NCBI RefSeq assembly: GCF_001194135.2 | Contig: NC_069000.1 | Coordinates: 44,258,221 to 44,293,322 of the forward strand | Reading direction: 5' to 3' | Length of the DNA: 35,102 bases | Origin: Octopus bimaculoides | Taxonomy: Eukaryota | Part shown: piece after piece, positions 10,698 through 20,937 of the stretch | Position numbering within the stretch: position 1 is the stretch's first letter | How the letters are laid out: every line of letters starts with the position of its first letter | Notes under the pieces: generated by a model | What the model saw: only the letters and a program-made list of their open reading frames with translations | Database searches by the model: none | Told to the model about the DNA's origin: nothing | Position numbers and translations under genes: made by a program

Positions 10698-10981
10698 NNN
10701 NNNNNNNNNNNNNNNNNNNNNNNNNNNNNNNNNNNNNNNNNNNNNNNNNNNNNNNNNNNNNNNNNNNNNNNNNNNNNNNNNNNNNNNNNNNNNNNNNNNN
10801 NNNNNNNNNNNNNNNNNNNNNNNNNNNNNNNNNNNNNNNNNNNNNNNNNNNNNNNNNNNNNNNNNNNNNNNNNNNNNNNNNNNNNNNNNNNNNNNNNNNN
10901 NNNNNNNNNNNNNNNNNNNNNNNNNNNNNNNNNNNNNNNNNNNNNNNNNNNNNNNNNNNNNNNNNNNNNNNNNNNNNNNNN
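10698..10981. other. Assembly gap
   Basis: N run. Confidence 1.
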
Positions 10982-11040
10982 TCATGACTGACCATGGGAT
11001 TGCACTTAGAAAGTTGCCCTCCCAGGCACAAGTCCGGGCA
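10982..11040 (-). mobile_element. 3' end of SINE of the 351-695 family
   Basis: TGACCATGGGATTGCACTTAGAAAGTTGCCCTC vs TGACCATGGGTGCACCTAAAAGGTTCCCCT at about 370-400. Confidence 0.7.
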
Positions 11041-11079
11041 TATGTATGTATGTGTGTGTGTGTATGTGTGTATGTTTGT

Positions 11080-11290
11080 GTGCCTGTATTTGTCCCCCAA
11101 CATCGCTTGACAACTGATGCTGGTGTGTTTACGTCCCCCGTAACTTAGCAGTTCGGCAAAAGAGACTGACAGAATATGTACTAGGCTTACAAAAAGTAAG
11201 TCCTGGGGCCGATTTGCTCAACTAAAAAGGCGGTACCCCAGCATGGCTGCAGTCAAATGACTGAAACAAGTAAAAGAATAAAAGAATAAA
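11080..11290 (+). mobile_element. CORE-type SINE type-1 tail
   Basis: TTTGTCCCCCAACATCGCTTGACAAC...GTAACTTAGCAGTTCGGCAAAAGAGAC...GCAGTCAAATGACTGAAACAAGTAAAAGAATAAAAGA. Confidence 0.9.
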
Positions 11291-11504
11291 TAAATAATTT
11301 TACATAGGTGGAATGATTAGAGGTGGTCTTCACGGCCATTTTAATGCCAAAACCAGATTCCTAACTTCATTCTTTACCGAGATATCACATTCTGAAAGTC
11401 ACAAAACTTTGACTGCATTTTTCTCAGTTTTTAAGCTGTGGCCCTTACGATGGTCTGTTGCTAAACACACACACACAGACACATATTTGTATGTGTGTGT
11501 GTGT

Positions 11505-11720
11505 GTGTGCATGTATTTGCATTTGTATCTGGTCCCCCACTGCCAGACAACTATTGTTGGTTTATTTATGTCCCTATAACATAGCAGTTTAGCACAAGAG
11601 ACTGACAGAATAAAAACAAGACATTAAAACAAATATAAGAAATGCGTCAATTTCTTTGACTAAAATCCCTCAAGGTGGTGCTCCAGCATGGCCACAATCC
11701 AATGACTGAAATGCTGATGA
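11505..11720 (+). mobile_element. Older CORE-type SINE type-1 tail
   Basis: GTCCCCCACTGCCAGACAAC...AAGGTGGTGCTCCAGCATGGCCACAATCCAATGACTGAAA. Confidence 0.8.
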
Positions 11721-12123
11721 AGATACAAGACATTTTCTTGTTTCTTTTTTTCTTTTTCTCTTTTTTTTTATAATAAGCTGAAAATCTTGTAAAAAATATA
11801 CACTGACTGAATACAGCAATAAGGTGAAATTAGAAGTCCCAATCAACTCTAATCTGATAAATAAATTTAATTTTACTAATTATGTAGAGACCCACTATCA
11901 GTGAATGCTTGTCGTTATCTATAATTTTTATTGATTTACAACACTAAAAATTACATTTACATAAAAATATTTAAATAGATAAGAAGTTGGAAATACGTTT
12001 GTTTCCATGGAAATGTATTCAATATTGACTTAATGTAGTTTGTTGGTTTAATTTTATCCATCTGTCGACCTCACTTCCTCTCTCATTCTCTCTCTCTCTC
12101 TCTGTTTGTATATATATATATAT

Positions 12124-12436
12124 ATCCTACAGGAGCCAGTCAGGCGGTACTGGCTCCTGTAGGATTTTCGAGCGAGATCGTTGCCAGTGCCCCTGGACTG
12201 GCTTGTGCGGGTGGCACATAAAAGACACCATTTCGAGCGTGGCCGTTTTCGTGCGGGTGACACGTAAAAGCACCCACTACACTCTCTGAGTGGTTGGCGT
12301 TAGGAAGGGCATCCAGCTGTAGAAACTCTGCCAAATCAGACTGGAGCCTGGTGTTGCCATCCGGTTTCACCAGTCCTCAGTCAAATCGTCCAACCCATGC
12401 TAGCATGGAAAGCGGACGTTAAACGATGATGATGAT
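12124..12436 (+). mobile_element. RTE-like (GAT)n-tailed retroposon, young 5'-truncated copy
   Basis: GGTTGGCGTTAGGAAGGGCATCCAGCTGTAGAAAC...AACCCATGCTAGCATGGAAAGCGGACGTTAAACGATGATGATGAT; near-identical to 18530-18680 and 34530-34677. Confidence 0.9.
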
Positions 12437-12559
12437 ATATATATGTGTGTGTGTATATGTATAGATAGATAGATAGATAGATAGACAGAGAGAAAGAGAG
12501 AAAGAGAGAGAGAGAAACAGACAGACAGGCATATAGATATATCTAATGATACATATGTA

Positions 12560-12623
<64 letters not shown>

Positions 12624-12640
12624 AACACATTTATGTGTAT

Positions 12641-13215
12641 ATAGGGTCATCCCACAAGTAATGCGGTCTTTTATACTTGTTTTATTTTTCAAAATTAAGA
12701 TAAACAAAGTTCTTTTTTTGATCTACTTTATACTCTGTCCTTTTGAATTCTAACTGAAAATAATGGACTCAAGTCTCATCTTCTGTGACTATTCTTTCAT
12801 AAAGAATGGTCAAGTAAGTATTGACAGTTCTCCACATGACTGCACTTAAGCACTTCGGTAAGCTCTCTTGGCACCCATCTCACAGATTTTATGGTATCAC
12901 AGCTTCTGGTTTCGTACACGGAACTTTGACTAATTCGTAGTGAACAAGCTACCTTATCGATGGTCACTCACCAGTTCACCAGAACCATCTCTTGACCTTG
13001 TCGAATCTTCATGCCACTTGTGGAAGTCAATGGGCATCCTATTCCCTCTTTCTGCTTCACATTTCTGCAGCCATTTTTAAACTCCTTGATCCATTTCTAT
13101 GCATTTCTACATGGCAGAGTGCTCTCTTGGTATTGTACTGAAAACCTACGATAAATTTCAGCCCTAATGCACGAGGAATCGGATCATTGGTTTGTGTTCT
13201 TCCAAGGTGGACATT
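12641..13215 (-). mobile_element. Mariner transposase relic (minus strand) with a TIR-like end at about 12641
   Basis: Minus strand LEEHKPMIRFLVH*G..AEIYRRF...KWIKEFKNG...WVPRELTE...ERIVTEDET*VHY. Plus-strand TATAGGGTCATCCCACAAGTAATGCGG resembles the TIR at 5329 and may belong to a separate element. Confidence 0.88.
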
Positions 13216-13384
13216 GCCAGCTGAGCAATCATGTTTTCTCTATAACACAGGATATCTGTTTCCTGGGAGTCTTGTTTTGTGAAAGTATTCTTATCAGAGC
13301 AAATATCTTTCTCTTAACTACAAATGAAATTCACAAGATGTTTATGATATCTTCTCCAAGGAATAGATATCGGTTGCAATATGG

Positions 13385-13480
13385 AGTTCTATTGATTGAT
13401 TCTGAGAGGATGAAAGGTTACGTTGACCTTGGCAAGATTTGAACTCTGAATGCAAAAACCTGGAACAAATATGGCAAGCT
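13385..13480 (-). mobile_element. Degenerate tRNA-SINE fragment (9180-9320 family)
   Basis: GAGAGGATGAAAGGTTACGTTGACCTTGGCAAGATTTGAACTC. Confidence 0.7.
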
Positions 13481-13550
13481 ATATAATCTGGAACTCGACT
13501 GAGGAAACAAAACTCTGAAAGACTCGTCCTTCTTTTCTTTGTAGCGTCTA

Positions 13551-13667
13551 TCTGGATGTTTTGTTGTCCCTTTTTTGTATCACCTGACTCTCTGGATGTT
13601 TTGTTGTCCCTTTTTTGTATCACCTGACTGTCTGGATGTTTTGCATTCTTGTCCCATTTTTGCATTT
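13551..13667 (+). repeat. 40-bp tandem repeat, two near-identical units plus a diverged partial third
   Basis: TCTGGATGTTTTGTTGTCCCTTTTTTGTATCACCTGACT(C/G) at 13551 and 13591; TCTGGATGTTTTG again at 13631. Confidence 0.95.
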
Positions 13668-13670
13668 TAT

Positions 13671-13812
13671 ATCATCATCATCGTTTAACGTCCACTTTCC
13701 ATGCTGGCATGGGTTGGACGATTTGACTGAGGACTGGTGAACCAGATGGCTACACCAGGCTCCAGTCTGATCTGGCAGAGTTTCTACAGCTGGATGCCCT
13801 TCCTAACACCAA
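13671..13812 (-). mobile_element. RTE-like (GAT)n-tailed retroposon 3' fragment
   Basis: ATCATCATCATCGTTTAACGTCCACTTTCCATGCTGGCATGGG...CAGCTGGATGCCCTTCCTAACACC. Confidence 0.92.
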
Positions 13813-13814
13813 TG

Positions 13815-13846
<32 letters not shown>

Positions 13847-14112
13847 CATGCACACATACATAATACATATATAGCTCACAACACTTTTGAGCGAACAACC
13901 TTGGAGTGAACAAAATGGAGATCATTGTGTCAAAATGGTATTAGAAACTTTGTTGCAATCAGCATTAACAGGCTTCAGGGTGCAAGGCAAAGGAGAAGAG
14001 TGGCTGAAAATATACGACCTGCACTGACCTGTAATCCTCATACTTGCAGGATCTCTGGGTGATGATGATGATGATGATATATATATATATATATATATAC
14101 GTTTGTTTGTGT

Positions 14113-14153
<41 letters not shown>

Positions 14154-14157
14154 AATA

Positions 14158-14302
14158 CAATGGACTTCTTTCAGATTCCATCTACCAAATCTACCACCAA
14201 GGCTATAGTAGAAGAGACTTACTCAAGATGCCACGCAGTGGAACTGAACCTGGAACCATGTGATTACAAATCAAGATTCTTACCACACAGCCACACCCTT
14301 TG
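14158..14302 (-). mobile_element. CORE-type SINE head
   Basis: GGACTTCTTTCAGATTCCATCTACCAAAT...CAAGATGCCACGCAGTGGAACTGAACCTGGAACCATGTG...ACCACACAGCC. Confidence 0.85.
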
Positions 14303-14649
14303 GATTTGATAGGTTTCTTGGTATACTTTTAACTGGATATACAGTGTGTGTGAGTGTGTTTGTCTGCATGTACACATATTTATGTATGTATATACATACA
14401 AATATGTATATACATACAAATATGTATATACATATACACTCACACACACATATAGATAGATAGATAGACAGAAAGATAGATAGGTAGATACATATGATCA
14501 TGCACACATACACAATATATAGACATTACATACTAGATAAGCAGACACAGTCTGTAAGATATAAGTAAAGACAGAATGTGTCGATGTATTTTGGAAAGAT
14601 AGACACTTGTTAGCTGTAAAAATACAAGCCAACCAAACAGCACCAAATA

Positions 14650-15000
14650 CATACAACGACAAGCCACTATTGGCAATTTTTGCAAGCAACAAATCTGAAA
14701 TCATTCATGTCACTTATATTAGGAGAAGATCTACATTCGTCGGCCATCTTTGTATTGCAGTGATTCAGCAATATGAACAGGATGGAAAAAACAAATGGAA
14801 AAGAAAGGAATTATGTGTTTGTCATTGAGAAGATTGGAAAATAAATGGAGAAATAGATAGATAAAATGACTGAAAATAATGAATTTAATGATGATATGTG
14901 TAAAAGAAAAAGATGTTGGGTGATTATTTATACGAAATTGAATAAATGAATAAAATGTGTAGATGATGGCTGGATAGATATAAATGATGTGCTAGGGATT
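14650..15000 (+). repeat. Unclassified repeat family, copy 3
   Basis: TGGCAATTTTTGCAAGCAACAAATCT...CATTCATGTCA...GGCCATCTTTGTATTGCAGTGATTCAGCA (14742-14770), AAATAAATGGAGAAA, TGTAAAAGAAAAAGATG. Confidence 0.7.
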
Positions 15001-15027
15001 GGATATACACTTGCATATATACATACA

Positions 15028-15059
<32 letters not shown>

Positions 15060-15292
15060 GGCCGATAGAGAGTTATAAATATACATGTATATATGCACAC
15101 AAACAGACACATGCACACACACACACACACATACACACGCATATATACACACATATATATTTTATATATATAAACTAATATACGGATATAGATTCACACA
15201 CATCCAGGCAATAATCTATTCAGACAATTATGAATGTGCATAGATACATAGACAGAGTAAGAGATAGATATAGATGTATGTATGTATGTGTA

Positions 15293-15326
<34 letters not shown>

Positions 15327-15368
15327 GAAAGAGAGAGAGAGGTAGAGATAAATATAGATGTATATGTA

Positions 15369-15421
<53 letters not shown>

Positions 15422-15691
15422 AGATATATATTCATATATATATTGAATTATAATCATTAGATACTGTTCGACATGACTGTATTATTAGAAGGCCAAGTAC
15501 TGCGGTTTTTGCCTTGAGAGATTGTCTCATACAGACGCACAGTGCTGAGAGCACAGACATATATCATTAGCAGACGAGAACCATCTGGCATAGGCCTAGG
15601 AACTGCCAAATCATGTAATTTCAGTGTACTGCACTTCATCAGTCATAGGTGTTTGATCGCTGCATTCCTGACTATATTGTTGATAGCAGGT

Positions 15692-15969
15692 AAGATAGTA
15701 CTTCTCATTCCTCATCTTGAGGTCATGCAGGTAAGAGGCGTGTGTTGTGGAATTATAATATTTCTCATTAGAAAAGGAACTCATGTGCGCCCTATACCTG
15801 GCTTTAAAAATTCACTGAACTTTCAATATAAAACTTATTTTGTTTGTCCTCGTCTCTAACTACGCATTTATACACTACATTTGTGGACAAACAAAGTCCA
15901 TCAAGAGGACATAAAGAAGGGTCCCTACAATTATATAATTTTTTACGGCCACCCTTAAAGTCATTTAAA
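15692..15969 (-). mobile_element. Penelope-like element, inverted copy (Cys-rich linker plus GIY-YIG N-half)
   Basis: Minus strand KKLYNCRDPSLCPLDGLCLSTNVVYKCVVRDEDKQNKFYIESSVNF, then a 1-nt frameshift. Matches the PLE CNCR....CPL.G.CL...VVYK motif. Confidence 0.9.
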
Positions 15970-16450
15970 GTATAAATGCGTAGTTAGAGATGAGGACAAA
16001 CAAAATAAGTTTTATATTGGAAGTTCAGTGAATTTTAAAGCCAGGTATAGGGCGCACATGAGTTCCTTTTCTAATCAGAAATATTATAATTCCACAACAC
16101 TCACCTCTTACCTGCATGACCTCAAGAGGAGGAATGAGAAGTACTATCTTGAATGGTCAATCTTATCTAGAACCCCCCAATTAAGGGCTAATATTAGCAA
16201 GTGCTTATTATGCATTAGGGAATCCCTTTCCATTCTTAGGTCTTTTGAGCCGAAAACCTCGAATAAATTTATCGAGGTAATCCCTTTTTGCAATCATAAA
16301 TTTTCTGAAAAAAGAAATGGTAATTGTTATATGTTGATATATTCAGATTCTGATGTATTCCACTGCAGAATTGTCCTGCAGGACAATGGGATGACACACA
16401 GACATCAACGAAGTCAAAAACATTATAATTATGAGAGCAAGCTTAAATAA
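15959..16450 (+). pseudogene. Penelope-like GIY-YIG endonuclease fragment (open frame, 5'-truncated, no RT)
   Basis: YKCVVRDEDKQNKFYIGSSVNFKARYRAHMSSF...STTLTSYLHDLK...LEWSIL...CLLCIRESLSIL...NK..EVIPFCNHK: YIG, conserved R, H, CxxC, E, N and terminal CxH. Homology ends near 16310. Confidence 0.9.
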
Positions 16451-16925
16451 ATAATAATATGGACTAGACCAAAAAAAAAAAGAAAAAAAAACTAATATAT
16501 ATAATTATTCAATATTAACAGTTTTGTATGAGAAAACCAAGAATTTATACAAAGCTGTAAAAGAAGTGCTCAAACTAGTTGAGACATAGGTACAAAGTTA
16601 ATTGCAGAATAAAAACATTAGGTCATCGACTCAAAAAGCTGTAGCCCACCAATGACCACATATAAGAAGTACAACATAGACCACAAAACCAAATTAGTAA
16701 AGGGAAGTCAACATTTTATACAGTCTGTTGTGTCGCTGAATTTTTACTGAGAACATATCTTCTTTTCGTGGTTAGATGATTCGGCATCTATTTCTAGCAT
16801 ATAGGAGTCCGCTTTTGCTGGTCATCCCTCTTATTTTTGTATGTAATATAATTTTAATCTTCGGATTTTTTTAATATGCTAGACCACTGGTTCAAATTGA
16901 TTAATATCAACTTCTACCCTCATAA

Positions 16926-16987
<62 letters not shown>

Positions 16988-17139
16988 TCTGGCTGGAGCA
17001 CAATGAAATAGTGGCATCATATATATCAGAGTATCTAAAACAACTATTGGTCAATGTCTGGACAAAGAAACACACACACACACACATACAAACAAGCATA
17101 TAACCACATATTCATATACATTTTATATATCTATAGCTA

Positions 17140-17174
<35 letters not shown>

Positions 17175-17276
17175 TTATCTATATACATATATATATGTGT
17201 GTGTGTATGTATATGTATATGTATATGTATATATATATGTATATAAATATATATACATATATATGTATTTAGATAT

Positions 17277-17286
17277 NNNNNNNNNN
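17277..17286. other. Assembly gap (10 N) with duplicated flanks
   Basis: The same ~45 nt appear on both sides of the gap. Confidence 1.
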
Positions 17287-17361
17287 TGTATATATATATG
17301 TATATAAATATATATACATATATATGTATTTAGATATGTATATATATATATATATATATAC

Positions 17362-17410
<49 letters not shown>

Positions 17411-17498
17411 AAAATATATATATCTTTATACATAGTGTGTAGATAGATAAATAGACAGACAGATAAATAAATAGATAGATAGACTGATAGCTAGACAG

Positions 17499-17530
<32 letters not shown>

Positions 17531-17554
17531 TGGGGGAGATGAACACATAATAAC

Positions 17555-17820
17555 AAGTGTATATTTGGCAGCTTTTCAGTCCACAATTCCAACTTCATTT
17601 CTGTAAATATACACAAAGAAGCCATATATCCAGCTGCCATCTTTATTTACAGTGGTTTAGTTGATAAAGAAAGAGGGGGGGAAACATGGCGGAAAAAGGA
17701 TTGGTATGTTTATTCATGAAGGGAAAAACTGAAAAATAAATGAAGAAAATAAAAGACATTATTGCGTAGGATGGTGGGGAGAATGATAATGATGCTAAAA
17801 AGATAAAGAATGTGAGTTTG
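17555..17820 (+). repeat. Unclassified repeat family, copy 4 (most diverged)
   Basis: TGGCAGCTTTTCAGTCCACAATT...GCCATCTTTATTTACAGTGGTTTAG...AGGATTGG...AAAATAAATGAAGAAAA. Confidence 0.55.
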
Positions 17821-17829
17821 TTGTTATAA

Positions 17830-18160
17830 GGATTGGCCGTGAGATAAAGAAGCCTGTTTCTGAACCTTGAGGTTTCAGGTTCAGTGATGCAATGTGGCAC
17901 CTTATGTTGGCACCTCCTGCTGTATATTGGAGTTTTGAGCTCACCAAAGCCTTGCGAGAGAATCTGGGGGAGAGACAGACTCTAAAGAAGCTTATTGTGG
18001 CTGTATGGTAAGGAGCTTGTTTCCTGACCACATGGTTCTGGGTTCAGTCCCACTGCATGGCACCTTGGGCAAGTGTCTTCTACTATAGCCTTGGGTTGAC
18101 CAAAGCCTTGTGAGTGGATTTGGTAGATGGAAACTGAACAAAGCCCATCGTATATATATA
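17830..18160 (+). mobile_element. Two CORE-type SINE heads in tandem (old copy 17830-17995, younger 17996-18160)
   Basis: Both carry GGTTCAGT...GGCACCTT...CCAAAGCCTTG; the second has intact CACCTTGGGCAAGTGTCTTCTACTATAGCC. Confidence 0.85.
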
Positions 18161-18161
18161 T

Positions 18162-18347
18162 NNNNNNNNNNNNNNNNNNNNNNNNNNNNNNNNNNNNNNN
18201 NNNNNNNNNNNNNNNNNNNNNNNNNNNNNNNNNNNNNNNNNNNNNNNNNNNNNNNNNNNNNNNNNNNNNNNNNNNNNNNNNNNNNNNNNNNNNNNNNNNN
18301 NNNNNNNNNNNNNNNNNNNNNNNNNNNNNNNNNNNNNNNNNNNNNNN
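18162..18347. other. Assembly gap
   Basis: N run. Confidence 1.
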
Positions 18348-18369
18348 GTGGTGTGTTTATGTCCCCATG

Positions 18370-18690
18370 GCATGTGAAAAGACATTTGATCGAGGTCGTT
18401 GCCAGTGCCACTGGACTGGCTCCTGTACAGGTGGCATGTAAAATACACCATTTTGAGCGTGGCTGTTGCCAGTACTGCCTGACTGGCCTTTGTGCCGGTG
18501 GCACGTAAAATGCACCCACTACACTCTTGGAGTGGTTGGTGTTAGGAAGGGCATCCAGCTGTAGAAACTCTGCCAAATCAGATTGGAGCCTGGAGTAGCC
18601 ATCTGGTTTCACCAGTCCTCAGTCAAATCATCCAGCCCATGCTAGCATGGAAAGCGGACGTTAAACGATGATGATGATGATGATGTTGAT
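18370..18690 (+). mobile_element. RTE-like (GAT)n-tailed retroposon
   Basis: GCCAGT..ACTGGC units then AGGAAGGGCATCCAGCTGTAGAAAC...GGACGTTAAACGATGATG; preceded by about 20 nt of type-1 tail (18348-18369). Confidence 0.9.
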
Positions 18691-18753
18691 GATGATAATG
18701 ATATATATATATCTACACACACATGTATGTGTATGTGTGTGTGAGCAATCCAG

Positions 18754-18872
18754 TAATCCAATGGATGTATGATTCATCAGGTACACTGTACTATACCTCG
18801 TACAATGAGACATCAGTGACCCAATTGACCAGGAAGCCATCAGACACACAGCTGCTGCGTTACAAACTCTGG
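18754..18872 (+). CDS. Candidate exon (92 or 119 nt), unknown protein
   Basis: Acceptor caatccag| (18754) or ttcatcag| (18781), donor TGG|gttagt. Frame IQWMYDSSGTLYYTSYNETSVTQLTRKPSDTQLLRYKLW; unique sequence island. Confidence 0.22.
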
Positions 18873-18954
18873 GTTAGTTTAATCCATTTGTCAAACCCTC
18901 TCTGACTGGAAGTTCAATTAATCATTTAGGGCTCATAGCAATATTTGAGAATAT

Positions 18955-19640
18955 TGTGGCAGTGGTGGTGGTGGTGATAGCGGGGGAAAGGGAGGCTGTG
19001 ATTAATGGTGGGGGGGGGGTGCTTGTTACAAATGATGATTATGGTGATTGAGGTTGGGAGCTCAGAGTGATTGACAGTGGGACTGACTGATGTTGGTTGT
19101 TGTAACAGGATTTTGGTGATTACGGGGGTTGTGGGGGTGATGGTGATTTGAGGGGATTGGTGGTGGAAGTGGTAATGGTGTTGTTGTTGTTGTTGTTGGT
19201 AGTGGTGGTAGTGGTGGTGGTGGTAGTGGTAGTGGTGTTGATGTTGTTGTTGAAAGTGGTGGGTGGTGATGGTGGTGTTGGTTTTGTTGTTGTTGTTGGT
19301 GGTGATTTTGGTGGTGATGGTGGTGGTAGTGGTGGTAATACAACCACTACCACCACCCCCATTACAACTATCACCACCAGCAGAAACAACATCAGCAATA
19401 ATAACCACAGTATCCTCCTCTTCCTCCTCGTCATCATCATCATCATCACCACTGCTCTCCCCCACCTCGTTACCATTATCATCACTATCATCATCATCAT
19501 CATCATCATCACCACCATCATCACTATCATCATCATCATCCTCCTCCTCATCATCATCATCATCATTTTCCTCCTCCACCACCTCCCCCTCTTCCTCCTC
19601 CTCTTCCTTATCATCATCATCGTCATCACTGACCACTCCA
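18955..19640. repeat. Compound trinucleotide low-complexity block (GGT/GTT, then ACC/CAT/CCT)
   Basis: Direct reading; source of the poly-D/M/S/V ORFs. Confidence 0.95.
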
Positions 19641-19919
19641 ACAGGTAGTTCCACTCCTCAGCCAACCAGCCCGCCCACCCACCTACCTGTCTCCCTCCCC
19701 TCACCCTATTAGTGTGACTCCAATGGCTATCTGCTAGCTGTTTCATTGCAGGGTTGGCTATTTGGCTGGCCGGATGGGTGGATGGAAGGCTAGCTGACTA
19801 GTTAGTCGGCTAACGAGCTAGTTAATTTATTAACTGGCTATCTGACTATCCGGCTACCTGACAAGTTAGTTGTTCTGTTGCTCGTTTAGAAAGCTGCATT
19901 GATTTTGGTATAAAGCATG

Positions 19920-20027
19920 NNNNNNNNNNNNNNNNNNNNNNNNNNNNNNNNNNNNNNNNNNNNNNNNNNNNNNNNNNNNNNNNNNNNNNNNNNNNNNNNN
20001 NNNNNNNNNNNNNNNNNNNNNNNNNNN
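19920..20027. other. Assembly gap
   Basis: N run. Confidence 1.
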
Positions 20028-20219
20028 GTAGTAGTAATAGTAGTAGTGGTGGTGGTGGTGGTGGTGGTGGTCATCGTCGTTGTTGTTATGATGGTGGTTG
20101 TGGTAGTAGTACTGGAGGTAGTGTTGATGATGATGGTGGTAATTGTTGTTCCAGTGGTGGTAATAGTATAGGTGGTAGCAGTGTGACTATTGGTTGTGAT
20201 GGCAGCAGTTGTAGTTATG

Positions 20220-20655
20220 CAGGGTGTCAGGGCTAAATTTGACAGTTTGCATCAAAAGAAAAGAAAACACAATGTCCCATCCAAAAATGAAAGGGTTTTA
20301 AAAAATTCAAAAGATGTCAGCAAGATTAGGGGCTGGGAGATAAGAGTTTACTCAAAGGAGCTGCCCTCGGCTTCCACCACGGCCCCAAGATGGCTCTGAA
20401 ATCTGGCACATGTGTTCCTTACTGTGTCCCCGGGAAGATCTTCAAACACTTTTGTGATTTTGGTCCCCAGATTGGCCTTTGTGCAATCAGCAGAGCAGTT
20501 GGTGCCGTTCTCAATCACGCCCCTCACATAGTAATCCATCAGATCACAATTGAAGGAATTATTAGTAGACCAGGAATTGGGGCTGGTGAAGTCGTAAAAA
20601 TTCCCAGAAAACCACTTCTGACTTACTGAGATGTACTTGCATAGCAAGTGACCTG
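20220..20655 (-). mobile_element. Tc1/mariner-superfamily relic (maT/DD37D-like), 3' end with TIR
   Basis: ORF 20348-20647: SQKWFSGNFYDFTSPNSWSTNNSFNCDLMDYYVRGVIE...ITKVFEDLPGDTVRNTCARFQSHLGAVVEAEGSSFE, cf. WPPNSPD.NPMDY.VWG and AC..F..RL..VV.A.G..FE. TIR-like CAGGGTGTCAGGGCTAAATTTGACAG at 20220. Confidence 0.88.
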
Positions 20656-20687
20656 ATCTGAGATTGTGTGCTGAAACGGAAACAATT

Positions 20688-20849
20688 GTTTATAAGCCAT
20701 TTGAAAACACACAAAAGCCGTTAGATTCACTTCAACATTTGAATTTAATTTCCCAAAATACATTCGTTGCTTTGAGACCGCGACCTGATCACTGACAGCC
20801 ACTGAAGTGAATCTAACGGCTTTTGTGTGTTTTTAAATGGCTTATAAAC
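20688..20849. mobile_element. Fold-back element with 47-bp terminal inverted repeats
   Basis: 20688-20734 vs reverse complement of 20803-20849: 46/47 identical; 68-nt spacer. Confidence 0.85.
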
Positions 20850-20937
20850 ACCTTCCATGCTGCAGTTGTTCACTTCTGACTCTTTCTAGAAATATAGCAA
20901 TGAGTCGAATCCTGCTTGTCACATATTTACATGTAAA

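Noticed and set aside
13880-14080. Possible LINE 3' end before (GAT)n
   Set aside because: No recognisable RT C-terminal motif; too weak to call.
14534-14694. 161-nt candidate exon (atttcag|...|gtatgt) open in two frames
   Set aside because: Its acceptor end overlaps copy 3 of the unclassified repeat, paralogous copies have stops or shifts, and the donor is microsatellite-like.
15650-15690. Mini-exon VFDRCIPDYIVDS with a strong gtaaga donor
   Set aside because: The donor is partly formed by the PLE arm junction (homology starts at 15692); too short to support.
17230-17340. Apparent ~45-bp direct duplication
   Set aside because: It straddles a 10-N placeholder gap, typical of an unmerged contig overlap.
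18926-19746. Acidic poly-D/E or poly-M ORFs of more than 200 aa
   Set aside because: All frames are homopolymeric products of (GAT/CAT/GGT)n; there is no evidence of coding.
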